A stretch of 43,599 bases of DNA from Deltaproteobacteria bacterium (GCA_027031565.1 JALVPX010000082.1:1-43599); one strand, 5' to 3'. Shown: positions 29,072 through 37,840, counted from the stretch's first letter. Notes: generated by a model not told the origin, from the letters alone. Program-made: numbers and translations.

Positions 29072-29472
29072 CGAGAAGAAACTGGATAATCAAGGGCATT
29101 TGGTTCCTTGGGGCCTTGCTTGTGTATCCCTTTCATGCCTTCATAAAAAAAGTGAGGTACAGGCCCCCTGTGGAATTCAAGATAGCCAAAAGGCTCAAAC
29201 CGGGCCAGGTGCATACTGAAAAGGCCTTTGTCATCTTCGAAACAGAAAAAGGACCCTATGCCCTTTCCAGGACCTGCCCCCACCTTGGATGCACCGTTAG
29301 ATATTTTGAACGGGAAAGGCTCTTTGTCTGCCCCTGCCACCAAAGCAGGTTCACCCCTGAGGGAAGATATATCTCAGGCCCGGCAAAACGGGATTTGTCC
29401 AGGCTCAAACTTGAGGTTGCAGCAGACGGCCAGGGATACACGGTCTATATCCCCAGGGGAGCGGTTCTGTGA
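29068..29472 (+). CDS. Rieske [2Fe-2S] protein with N-terminal membrane anchor
   Basis: 134 aa. TRRNWIIK plus a hydrophobic helix. Cluster boxes CPHLGC and CPCHQS. ATGA overlap with the DUF2905 gene. Confidence 0.85.
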   Translation: MTRRNWIIKGIWFLGALLVYPFHAFIKKVRYRPPVEFKIAKRLKPGQVHTEKAFVIFETEKGPYALSRTCPHLGCTVRYFERERLFVCPCHQSRFTPEGRYISGPAKRDLSRLKLEVAADGQGYTVYIPRGAVL

Positions 29473-29490
29473 GCTGGAAAAGGGGTGAAC

Positions 29491-30312
29491 ATGCCTAAAT
29501 TCGGCGAACTTACCACTGCCTTTCTGCTGATAGCTATTTTTTCGGGGTTTGCATTGAATTACCAATATGAACTGGCCGATCCCTTTGTTTCAACCGTGGC
29601 CATTGAGACTGTATTGCCCTTCGGTGCCTTTTGGCGTTCCCTCCACTTTTGGTCTGGCCAGCTGTTCTTTCTGGCCCTCCTCTACCATGCAGTGGATCAA
29701 ATATGGAACCCCGGTGCCTTTTCAAAGCGACTGGTACCCAGGAAACATTGGACCATCATGGTGCTAACCATACCGTGTGCCATACTGGTGCTTTTCACTG
29801 GATATGTGCTGCGGCTAGATGCAACGGGCAGGGCCGCTGCCACCATATATGAACACTTGCTGCTGACCGTGCCATTGGTAGGCCCCACCCTTAACAGGCT
29901 CATGGCCTCAATCAGTGATGAGGGCCTGAACCGGATCTATGTAATTCATTTGCTGCTTAGCGCTCTACTATGGGGAATAGGCACATGGTATCACACTAGA
30001 AAGGTGCTCATGGGCGGCACCGCCTTTTTGGCATCAGCCGCTGCCTCTATCGCGCTGGCAGGCCTTGTGCATGCCCCCATAGACCTGCCTGGCACAAAGG
30101 TGCATCTTATCAAAGGCCCTTGGTTCTTTCTTGGCATACAGGAATTGCTGCGCTATGTGCATCCTTTGATTGCGGGAATCATTTTCCCTGCCCTGCCAGT
30201 CGTTTTGTATGGCGCACTAAGCTGGACCAGCAAGAGAGACTTCATGCTGGTGATCCTGGGATTGTGGTGCCTGTGCTATCTCACACTGACTATGGTAGTA
30301 TTGCTGCGGTGA
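29491..30312 (+). CDS. dihaem cytochrome b (b6-like, compact ~7 TM)
   Basis: H-x13-H (HFWSGQLFFLALLYH) and H-x14-H (HLLLSALLWGIGTWYH) on predicted helices B and D. GPWFFLGIQELLRY sits at the PEWY position. ATG at 29491 lies 5 nt after the GGGG core of AAGGGGTG. The track start is a GTG at 29485. Confidence 0.8.
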   Translation: MPKFGELTTAFLLIAIFSGFALNYQYELADPFVSTVAIETVLPFGAFWRSLHFWSGQLFFLALLYHAVDQIWNPGAFSKRLVPRKHWTIMVLTIPCAILVLFTGYVLRLDATGRAAATIYEHLLLTVPLVGPTLNRLMASISDEGLNRIYVIHLLLSALLWGIGTWYHTRKVLMGGTAFLASAAASIALAGLVHAPIDLPGTKVHLIKGPWFFLGIQELLRYVHPLIAGIIFPALPVVLYGALSWTSKRDFMLVILGLWCLCYLTLTMVVLLR

Positions 30313-30345
30313 AGATGATCTACCTGATTTTGCAACGAAACCTGA

Positions 30346-30380
30346 AAAAGGAAGGCGCGCTTAAACGCCTCCCTTTTAAG
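30346..30380. terminator. candidate bidirectional terminator between convergent genes
   Basis: AAAAGGAAGGCG / CGCCTCCCTTTT stem with one mismatch and an 8 nt loop. A/T runs flank both sides. Confidence 0.45.
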
Positions 30381-30392
30381 CCAAAAATCGGA

Positions 30393-31049
30393 TTATCTTT
30401 TTTTGCGGCGCACAAGGGCTGCCATGCCTACCATGCCTGATCCAAACAAAACAACTGTTGGAGGTATGGGATTGGCAGCTACTGGAACAGGTTCGCCTTC
30501 AATACGAACGCCGAAATTCCAATCCTTGCTTAAAGTTTTGACATCCCACACGGAATCCCAATTATCTTTTTTAGCATAACCCTTTGCAGGTTTGGGAGCC
30601 CCCATGATAAAATACATTTCTCCTGCTGCCATCCCATGATTCGGATTTTCAAAGGCCACCCAGTAGGTCCCAGGCCCAAGATTCCAGTCCAGATTTTTCA
30701 CGCCCGCCCATTTGGCGGTTCTGTTGGGCCCGTTATGTTTAATAGATACCTTGCCGCTGAGGCCGGTCGGATTAAACTTGTCGTCATATATGGAAATATC
30801 AAAGACATTCTCCGAAGCAGCAATGGATATATAAGTCTCTATGGTTGAGATATTGTAATCGGCGTTTAAGGAAAATTGGGCTGCCATCCATTGGTATACT
30901 CCGTTATTAGAATAAAAAGCCAAGCCTGTGGTAGGATCACCTTTTGGAGTGCCTGTATCTAAGAGAAAAGTAGAAGCATTGGCTATTCCAGAAGATAACA
31001 ACGTAACAAATAATGCCCCCATCCCCAACAAAAGACGTAATTTCTTCAT
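30393..31049 (-). CDS. secreted protein with PEP-CTERM-like sorting tail
   Basis: 218 aa. Cleavable signal peptide (...SSGIANAST). C-terminus NPIPPTVVLFGSGMVGMAALVRRKKR matches the PEP-CTERM layout (P-x-P, TM helix, basic cluster), with PIP in place of PEP. Confidence 0.7.
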   Translation of the reverse strand: MKKLRLLLGMGALFVTLLSSGIANASTFLLDTGTPKGDPTTGLAFYSNNGVYQWMAAQFSLNADYNISTIETYISIAASENVFDISIYDDKFNPTGLSGKVSIKHNGPNRTAKWAGVKNLDWNLGPGTYWVAFENPNHGMAAGEMYFIMGAPKPAKGYAKKDNWDSVWDVKTLSKDWNFGVRIEGEPVPVAANPIPPTVVLFGSGMVGMAALVRRKKR

Positions 31050-31201
31050 AATACACCTCTGAATGTGTTGTTACAGCCTTGCGAAGGCTTTTTCACACAC
31101 TCCACCACCTAAAATATTTTTAACAGCAAAGTGCTGGCAAGTCAAGAAATTGTCAGTGGGGTTACCTATGGGAACTTTTTAAAAAATTGTGAATATAGTA
31201 C

Positions 31202-32521
31202 TCATGTATTTCGCTTTTCCTTTGAAGGAGCAATTTTTTCATCTTTTACGGTATCAAGCTTGAACAGCCTGCACGCGCTCTCTAGGAGCGCCTTGTTGTC
31301 GCAGCCATTCTTTGCGCCATTTTTCATGGTAATGATTGGATCATGCAATATCTTTTGAACAATTGAACGGGTGAGTGTCTCTATGGCTTTTTTTTGTTTC
31401 GGTGTGAGCTCTTTCAAGGCCTTCATGGACCTATCCAATTCCCGTTGGCGCAAATTTTCAGCCTTTTTTTGAAGTTTCTGAATAACAGGAACGATCTCAA
31501 GGGATTCGAGCCACTGTTCAAACTTTATGACCTCTTCTTCCACTATGCGTTCCGCCTTTTTCGCCTCTTTTTCCCTTTGGCTCTTGTTCAATTCCACAAC
31601 GCCTTTGAGGTCGTCTATGTCATAGAGGTAGACATTGTCTATTTTATTTACCTCAGGCTCGATATCTCTTGGAACGGCAATATCAATCAAAAAAAGCAGC
31701 CTGTGGCGCCGGGGGCGCATTATCTTTTTAATCCTTTTTCCTGAAATAACGGTTCCAGGGGCTCCTGTAGAACTGATCACGATGTCCGCCTCGATCAGGG
31801 CATCATCCATCTCATCGAGACCGATCGGCTCACCACCGAGCTCCTTTGAAAGCTGCACCGCCCTTTCCAGGGTACGATTGGCTACGATCAGCCTTTTTAT
31901 ACCGTGGGTTTTGAGATGTTGAGCTGCCAGTTCAGCCATCTCACCTGCACCGACGAGCATGGCTGTTTTGCCATTGAGTTCGCCGAATATCTTCCTGGCC
32001 AGCTCTACTGCTGCATAGCTTATCGAAACAGCGTGACTGGCAATAGCCGTTTCAGTGCGCACTCTTTTGGCCACTGAAAAGGCCTTGTGAAGCAGCCTGT
32101 TCAAGACAGTTCCTGTGGAACCGGTGTCACTGGCTGAACGGTACGCATCCTTCAATTGACCAAGGATCTGCGGCTCGCCCACGACCATGGAATCGAGGCT
32201 GGAGGCAACCCTGAAAAGATGGGCTACGGCCTCGTTATCTTTTCGCACGTAGAGGCCCTTTTCAAGCTCAGACACGGCGAGCCCTGATTTTTCTGTCCAT
32301 AATTTCATCAGGGCAGCAAGGGCCTGGCTGCCGTTTTGAGCGGCAGCAAGAATTTCAACCCTATTGCACGTAGATAGGAAAAGCACCTCGTCCATCTCTG
32401 GCAGGGATTTCAAGAGGGCCAGGCTTTGCACCAGATCGCCTTCCAGTGTAAGCCGCTCCCGGATTTCAACCGGAGCGGTCTTGTGATTGACTCCTATCAA
32501 GATAATCTGTGGTCTATTCAT
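31202..32521 (-). CDS. hemA: glutamyl-tRNA reductase
   Basis: MNRPQIILIGVNHKTAPVEIRE start, active-site STCNRVEI, NADPH-binding LVGAGEMAE. ATG at 32521 overlaps the upstream stop (ATGAATAG). The track ORF is 12 codons longer. Confidence 0.93.
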   Translation of the reverse strand: MNRPQIILIGVNHKTAPVEIRERLTLEGDLVQSLALLKSLPEMDEVLFLSTCNRVEILAAAQNGSQALAALMKLWTEKSGLAVSELEKGLYVRKDNEAVAHLFRVASSLDSMVVGEPQILGQLKDAYRSASDTGSTGTVLNRLLHKAFSVAKRVRTETAIASHAVSISYAAVELARKIFGELNGKTAMLVGAGEMAELAAQHLKTHGIKRLIVANRTLERAVQLSKELGGEPIGLDEMDDALIEADIVISSTGAPGTVISGKRIKKIMRPRRHRLLFLIDIAVPRDIEPEVNKIDNVYLYDIDDLKGVVELNKSQREKEAKKAERIVEEEVIKFEQWLESLEIVPVIQKLQKKAENLRQRELDRSMKALKELTPKQKKAIETLTRSIVQKILHDPIITMKNGAKNGCDNKALLESACRLFKLDTVKDEKIAPSKEKRNT

Positions 32522-33341
32522 ACCATGTGGAATAGGAGTGAAGCCCTGGAAGCACAAAATTCACCCCTAAAAATGTGAATAATAAAACACCAAAGGCAAT
32601 GATGGTCATATAGGCAGCCCGCCTGCCGCGCCAGCCAACCGCCAGCCTTTGGTGAAGAAGCGCCGCATATAAGAGCCACGTAATAAGTGACCATGTCTCT
32701 TTTGGATCCCAGCTCCAGTATGAACCCCATGCAGAATCCGCCCACAAAGAACCTGTAATGATTCCCAGGGTGAGAAGGGGAAAGCCTATTTTGAGGCACA
32801 ACTGGCCCATCCTATCCAAAGTCTGCAGGGAGGGAAGGCGTTTAAAAAACGCTCCCAGCCTTTTCTTCTTTATCTGCCTTTCCTGAATCACATACATTAT
32901 TGCTATGGCAAAGGCCAAGGTGAATACACCATAGGCAACGAGACATATGGTGGCATGAACAGGAAGCCACCAGCTTTGCAGGGCCGGGGGCAGGGGAGCA
33001 ACCTTTCTGGAATAAAATGCTGCCCCAAGCATGCCAAATGTAGCCAGGGGAATTACAAAGGCTCCAAGGGCCCTTACCCGCTCCTTCCATTGAAAAAGCA
33101 TGAAAAACGCGGCAACTGACCAGGAAAAAAAAGAAAGCGATTCATGCAGGTTAACCAGCGGCGTGTGCCCTGCCGCAAGCCACCTGAGCAGTAGGAGTAT
33201 GGTATGCAGGGAAAATGCCGTTCCCAAAATGGCAAACGCCACCTTCCTGACGCCTTTTTTCAGAGTAACGACGTGCATGACAAATCCAACAGTGGCGCCA
33301 ATGTATAGAAACAGCGTTATCTGAAAGAGAAGGTCATACAT
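32514..33341 (-). CDS. CcsA/HemX-like cytochrome c assembly family membrane protein
   Basis: 275 aa, polytopic. Trp-rich haem-handling motif WGSYWSWDPKETWSLITWL. Position immediately upstream of hemA matches hemA-hemX arrangements. Confidence 0.8.
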   Translation of the reverse strand: MYDLLFQITLFLYIGATVGFVMHVVTLKKGVRKVAFAILGTAFSLHTILLLLRWLAAGHTPLVNLHESLSFFSWSVAAFFMLFQWKERVRALGAFVIPLATFGMLGAAFYSRKVAPLPPALQSWWLPVHATICLVAYGVFTLAFAIAIMYVIQERQIKKKRLGAFFKRLPSLQTLDRMGQLCLKIGFPLLTLGIITGSLWADSAWGSYWSWDPKETWSLITWLLYAALLHQRLAVGWRGRRAAYMTIIAFGVLLFTFLGVNFVLPGLHSYSTWYE

Positions 33342-34049
33342 TTAATCAGCTTTACTTTGTTTTTGCCTTTCTTTCAAGAAATCCCGCACTATATGCGCCA
33401 CACCTGGGCCGCATATCCCAACACACCAGGCCAGGAACTCTTCATCCTGTTTGCCAGAATAAAGTTCAATGCCTTTTAATTCTCCAAGCCCCTTCAGGAT
33501 CCGGGACCGCCTTTCCGGCAGCGCTTCTTCCTGTTTCAAGAACTCCCTCAAACGCCCCAACAACTCGAGGTATTCACCAAATTCCTCACCCAATTCATGT
33601 TCCAGTTTGATTCTCAACGCTCTGGCCAAGGCCGGACTCTTTCCGCTGGTGGAAATCGCCACGCACAGATCGCCCCTGCGAACCTCAGACGGCACTATGA
33701 ACGTGCAATAATTGGGTTGATCTACCACATTGCAGAATATCCTCTTTGACTTTGCACAATTATATACCTCTTTTTGTACTCCTTGATCATCAGTGGCTGC
33801 CACAACCAGCCACACATCGTCCACGTCTTCTTGCTGGAATCTTCGTGCCTTGTGGTTGAGTCTGCCTTGACTTATCAACTTGCTCAGTTCCGGGGTCAGC
33901 CGGGGTGAAACAACGGTAACGCAGGCTCCGGCCTCGAGCAGGCGGGTTACCTTGCGCCCGGCCACACTGCCGCCACCGACCACCAGGACCTTTTTCCCCC
34001 TCAGGTCTGTGTAGATTGGATAATATCTGCTTTTCGTTGCTTCAGTCAT
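33342..34049 (-). CDS. sirC: precorrin-2 dehydrogenase / sirohydrochlorin ferrochelatase (SirC/CysG N-domain type)
   Basis: 235 aa. Rossmann motif KKVLVVGGGSVAGRKVTRLLEAGACVTVVSP and ISTSGKSPALA segment. Confidence 0.85.
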   Translation of the reverse strand: MTEATKSRYYPIYTDLRGKKVLVVGGGSVAGRKVTRLLEAGACVTVVSPRLTPELSKLISQGRLNHKARRFQQEDVDDVWLVVAATDDQGVQKEVYNCAKSKRIFCNVVDQPNYCTFIVPSEVRRGDLCVAISTSGKSPALARALRIKLEHELGEEFGEYLELLGRLREFLKQEEALPERRSRILKGLGELKGIELYSGKQDEEFLAWCVGICGPGVAHIVRDFLKERQKQSKAD

Positions 34050-34092
34050 AACGATACATTTAACAATGTATTTTATTTATGCCAGACAAGGC

Positions 34093-34821
34093 TCATTCAT
34101 GGTTGTTTTTCAAACCCATCCAGCGAGCCAGGTAAATTCCTATCTCATATACTCCCACAAGTGGGAGAAACAGCAGCAGCTGGGAAAAGATATCCGTTGG
34201 GACAAGAAGAACAGCCAAACCATACAAGACTATGTAACAGATCTTGCGGTTTTTTTTAAAATAATCGTGTGAAACGAGCCCTACCTTCGATGTAACGGCC
34301 ATCAAAAAGGGCAGTTCAAACACCAGCCCAAAGGTAAAAAGCGTCTTGGCAGCAAAGGTCAAATAGTTCTTCAACCTGGGCAAGGCCTGAAGGTTTTCAT
34401 TGGCATAGCCAAAGGTGATGTTCAATACAAAAGGAACTATTATCCAGTAACCGAACAACCCCCCTGAAATAAACAGGAGTCCACCCCAGAACAGGGCCTT
34501 CCTGAGCGTGGATTTTTCATGGGCGTACAGGCCTGGCGCTATGAATGACCACACTTGATACAATACCACAGGGGAAGAGAGGAAGAGGCTTGCCCAAAAT
34601 GCGACCTTCAAATAGGCAATAAATCCCTCTGTCAGCGCTGTAAAAACCATCTTGCTGTTGGAAGGCAAAACCTGTTTCACTGGCTCAAACAAGAGCTGTA
34701 TCAAAAAATCTGAAAAAAAATAACAGAGGCAGAAGGAAACACCTATGGCGACTGCGCTTTTTATGAGCCTGCTGCGCAGCTCTTCAAGATGCGTATAAAA
34801 GGGTAGGTGATCAATGGACAT
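34093..34821 (-). CDS. tatC: twin-arginine translocase subunit TatC
   Basis: 242 aa, six TM segments. HLEELRSRLIKS start and FIAPGLY motif. Confidence 0.93.
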   Translation of the reverse strand: MSIDHLPFYTHLEELRSRLIKSAVAIGVSFCLCYFFSDFLIQLLFEPVKQVLPSNSKMVFTALTEGFIAYLKVAFWASLFLSSPVVLYQVWSFIAPGLYAHEKSTLRKALFWGGLLFISGGLFGYWIIVPFVLNITFGYANENLQALPRLKNYLTFAAKTLFTFGLVFELPFLMAVTSKVGLVSHDYFKKNRKICYIVLYGLAVLLVPTDIFSQLLLFLPLVGVYEIGIYLARWMGLKNNHE

Positions 34822-35221
34822 TCGACCGCTGAGGGTCTCCCTTCGAGTCTGTTTTATCTGTTCCGGATCTGCCCGAAGCAGCTTCCTTCCAACCTGGCCC
34901 GACAGTGGAAAATTGGGGCTCCACAGTACCTTCAGGCTCTTCAGGAACGTCAGAAACGGCCCTCATCTGGTCGGCCTCACTCCCGGCCTTAGCCTCGGGG
35001 GGAACCGTAAACTTGTCTAACAGGTAGTCTGGCCTCTTCAACTCCTTTAGATCGTTCAAGGCTTCTAGTTCCAGCTCACGCTTGAACTCCTCGGTGGTAC
35101 GCCTCAAGTCCCCCACGATTTTGGCTATCTTGCGGGCGGTTTCCGGCAACTTGTCCGGGCCAAGAACAATCAGGGCAAGGGCGAGAATCAAAAAAAGTTC
35201 TGGAAGGCCTATGCCAAACAT
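34811..35221 (-). CDS. tatB: twin-arginine translocase TatA/B-family subunit (TatB-like)
   Basis: MFGIGLPELFLILALALIVLGPDKLP start (the GP..LP form is typical of TatB), amphipathic helix, long acidic tail. ATG at 35221; the track start at 35239 is a GTG. Confidence 0.8.
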   Translation of the reverse strand: MFGIGLPELFLILALALIVLGPDKLPETARKIAKIVGDLRRTTEEFKRELELEALNDLKELKRPDYLLDKFTVPPEAKAGSEADQMRAVSDVPEEPEGTVEPQFSTVGPGWKEAASGRSGTDKTDSKGDPQRSNVH

Positions 35222-35259
35222 CGCTGAATCACCCGACACTATTTATTTTAAACGAACTG

Positions 35260-36366
35260 CTAAACATATTCCCTTCTGTTTCTGGTGCCCAGCAGGCAGA
35301 GCAGCTCATAGCTGATGGTGCCGGCCCAGGAAGAAAGCTCCTCAATGGTAATCTCGTCATTTCCTTGCTGGCCTAGCAGCGCCACCTCGTCTCCAATCCT
35401 AGTTTCTGGCACTTGGGTCACGTCAATCATTAATGATTTCATACAGATATTCCCAACTACAGGACACCGGACCCCCCTTACGAGCACCTTGGCACTGTTG
35501 GAAGAGGATCTCAAATAACCATTATCATATCCTACTGGAATTACCGCGATCTTGGAAGGTTTAGAGGTGGAAAAGGTGCCTGAATAGCCAACGGCCACCC
35601 CGGCATTTACTTCCTTTAAGGCTATAATATGACTGTAAAAGGCCATTGCAGGGGTCAGGTCTATAGAAGCCTGGCTGGCACGGCCTGGATATGCCCCATA
35701 CAGGGCAAGCCCGGGTCTGATAAAGCCAAAAATCGCTTGTCTAAAATTTATGGCACCAGCAGAATTTGCAAGGTGAACGCACCTGGGATGCCATCCGGCA
35801 TTCCGCACCTGGCCAAGCATTTGCTCGAACCTGGCTATCTGTGCTGATGTGGCCCTATCTTCTGGATCATCCGCTGATGCCAAATGGGAAAAAAGCCCGC
35901 CAAAGTTTAAAAATGGCCAGGTATGCCTTTGCCGGGCAATTAGAACCAGTTCATCACCTGAGAAGCCAAATCTTGTCATGCCCGTGTCGGCCTTAAGATG
36001 TATGGAAACGGACTTGTTTTGCCTGCTTCCAGCCTGGTTGAGGGCATCAAGCTGCGCTCGGTCATAGACACCCACTGTAAGATCAAGTTCAATGGCTGCC
36101 TCTTCCTGGCCCGGATAGAGTCCGGAAAGCATCAAGATGGGCCCATCTATGCCGAGTTTCCTTATATTCCAGGCCTCTTCCACCTCCGATACCCCGAAAC
36201 CCCATACACCGAGATCGGCCAAAATTCTTGCAACCTTGTCGAGCCCATGGCCGTAACCATCAGATTTGATCACCGGGATCACCCTGGAGGGCTCAACAGA
36301 GGCCTTGCGGCACAATGAAAGCAGATTTTTTTTGATATTTTCTGAGCTTATCAATATCTTATTCAT
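35260..36366 (-). CDS. alr: alanine racemase
   Basis: PLP-lysine region VIKSDGYGHG and C-terminal TISYELLC motif. ATG at 36366 preferred over the TTG at 36381. No clear Shine-Dalgarno for either. Confidence 0.85.
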   Translation of the reverse strand: MNKILISSENIKKNLLSLCRKASVEPSRVIPVIKSDGYGHGLDKVARILADLGVWGFGVSEVEEAWNIRKLGIDGPILMLSGLYPGQEEAAIELDLTVGVYDRAQLDALNQAGSRQNKSVSIHLKADTGMTRFGFSGDELVLIARQRHTWPFLNFGGLFSHLASADDPEDRATSAQIARFEQMLGQVRNAGWHPRCVHLANSAGAINFRQAIFGFIRPGLALYGAYPGRASQASIDLTPAMAFYSHIIALKEVNAGVAVGYSGTFSTSKPSKIAVIPVGYDNGYLRSSSNSAKVLVRGVRCPVVGNICMKSLMIDVTQVPETRIGDEVALLGQQGNDEITIEELSSWAGTISYELLCLLGTRNRREYV

Positions 36367-36468
36367 ATGGGAACAAAACAAAGGATCAATAGGGACACAA
36401 AAGTTAGGGGCTTGGACTCCTCGCCACCATGCAAGCCCTCGGTTTCACATAATAACACAATAAACGAT

Positions 36469-36630
36469 ATGGGTCTTCACTGTATTGGATGTGGTGAAGC
36501 AGCGGTTCTGCATGGCCGGTGAGCCAGTGCCAGCGTTCGCTGCACGGCGTGCGGCCTGGAACTTCCGGCAAAATTTTACACAGATCAAATTGAAAAGGCC
36601 AAGGAAGACTGGGTAAAGGGGGCAAAATAA
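36469..36630 (+). CDS. candidate small zinc-ribbon ORF with in-frame TGA (selenocysteine, readthrough, or a decayed gene)
   Basis: Reads MGLHCIGCGEAAVLHGR-TGA-ASASVRCTACGLELPAKFYTDQIEKAKEDWVKGAK-TAA. Two CxxCG knuckles lie in one frame on either side of the TGA at 36520-36522. The stop is followed 3 nt later by a strong hairpin. No Shine-Dalgarno or promoter recognised. Confidence 0.25.
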
Positions 36631-36659
36631 AAAAGCCAGCCGTTCTGGCTGGCTTTTTA
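36629..36659. terminator. bidirectional rho-independent terminator (ends dsrMKJOP)
   Basis: AAAAAAGCCAGCC-GTTCT-GGCTGGCTTTTT. 8 bp GC-rich stem flanked by an A-run and a T-run, 18 nt downstream of the dsrP stop on the minus strand. Confidence 0.8.
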
Positions 36660-36676
36660 TTCAAAAAGTAAACGGT

Positions 36677-37840
36677 TTATTCTGCAGCCAAATCCCTCTC
36701 CTTCAAATATATGACCATCTTATAAAGGACTGTCAGGATCAGGAATCCGGTTGCCCATATTCCCAATGTGATAGATATCTCAGGCAACGTAGGTTGATAC
36801 TCGGTTATTTTCTCAAAGGGATTGGGAATGAATCCGCCTATTACCAGACCGACCCCCTTGTCTATCCAGGTTCCAAGAACTATTGCAGCACAGCCCAATA
36901 TCAGGAACCCCTCCTTCCTTCTCAATTGAGGAACGAGCATGATGAATACACCTATCAACCCTACGATAACCGACGTTCTCATCCATGGGACCAGCGCGTT
37001 GTGCCCCCACAAGCCCCAGAAGAGATATTTAAGAGGATTCATGTGGCCTGGGATGTTGCTGTAAAAGGAGGTAAAAAATTCCAAGCCAAGGAAGAAAAGG
37101 TTTGCAATCATAGCGTAGCATATGGTCCGGGCCACGTTTTGGATGGCCTCAGGATCTGGAGACCAGCGCGTTACCCTCTTTATTATCATAAGCATTATAA
37201 GAAGGAAGGCTGGCCCGGATGCAAAGGCCGAAGCCAAGAAGCGCGGCGCCATAATGGCTGTCAACCATGCATGGCGACCTGGCAGGCCGCAGTATAGAAA
37301 CGCCGTCACCGTGTGAATACTAAAGGCCCAAGGAATAGACACATATATGAATGGCTTTATCCAGCCTGGAGGAGGCACGTTTTTCCTCATAGCCAGCAGC
37401 GTATTGTATCCAACGATCAGGTTGATGAACAGGTAACCGTTCAAAACGATCATGTCCCAAAAGAGAATGGAGTTAGGCGTGGGATGAAGCAGCACGTTCA
37501 TTAAACGCATGGGCTGACCTAAGTCTGCTATGATGAACAGCAAACACATGGTCACGGCTGCTATGGCCAGAAATTCTCCAAATATGATTATATCACCATA
37601 TCTCTTATATCCATGAAGATACTTTGGCATTACCAGCATGACGGCTCCGGCCGCCACGCCGACCAGATAGGTGAACTGGGCTATGTAAACACCCCATGAT
37701 ATGTCACGGCTCATGCCGGTTATCCCCAGGCCTACGCTCAACTGCCTGAGATAGGATATGAAACCAATTAAAATCACCAACAGCAGGAATGAAATCCAGG
37801 CCCAGTATCTGGGACCTCCTTTCAGTGCCTTCTCAATCAT
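36677..37840 (-). CDS. dsrP: DsrP, NrfD/PsrC-family integral membrane quinone-interacting subunit
   Basis: 387 aa, about 10 TM, NrfD-like. Last gene of the M-K-J-O-P order. Confidence 0.9.
   Translation of the reverse strand: MIEKALKGGPRYWAWISFLLLVILIGFISYLRQLSVGLGITGMSRDISWGVYIAQFTYLVGVAAGAVMLVMPKYLHGYKRYGDIIIFGEFLAIAAVTMCLLFIIADLGQPMRLMNVLLHPTPNSILFWDMIVLNGYLFINLIVGYNTLLAMRKNVPPPGWIKPFIYVSIPWAFSIHTVTAFLYCGLPGRHAWLTAIMAPRFLASAFASGPAFLLIMLMIIKRVTRWSPDPEAIQNVARTICYAMIANLFFLGLEFFTSFYSNIPGHMNPLKYLFWGLWGHNALVPWMRTSVIVGLIGVFIMLVPQLRRKEGFLILGCAAIVLGTWIDKGVGLVIGGFIPNPFEKITEYQPTLPEISITLGIWATGFLILTVLYKMVIYLKERDLAAE

Noticed and set aside
31161-31180. Hairpin GTTACC-TAT-GGGAAC followed by TTTTT just downstream of the hemA stop
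   Set aside because: The T-run follows the hairpin only on the plus strand, whereas hemA is on the minus strand. The stem has a mismatch and only 5 good pairs. I did not call it a terminator.
36404-36664. 86 aa minus-strand ORF in the alr/dsrP gap
   Set aside because: Its start lies inside the terminator hairpin of the dsr operon. Its sequence is Pro/Leu-rich without motifs. The plus-strand double-CxxCG frame explains the region better, although it is itself uncertain.
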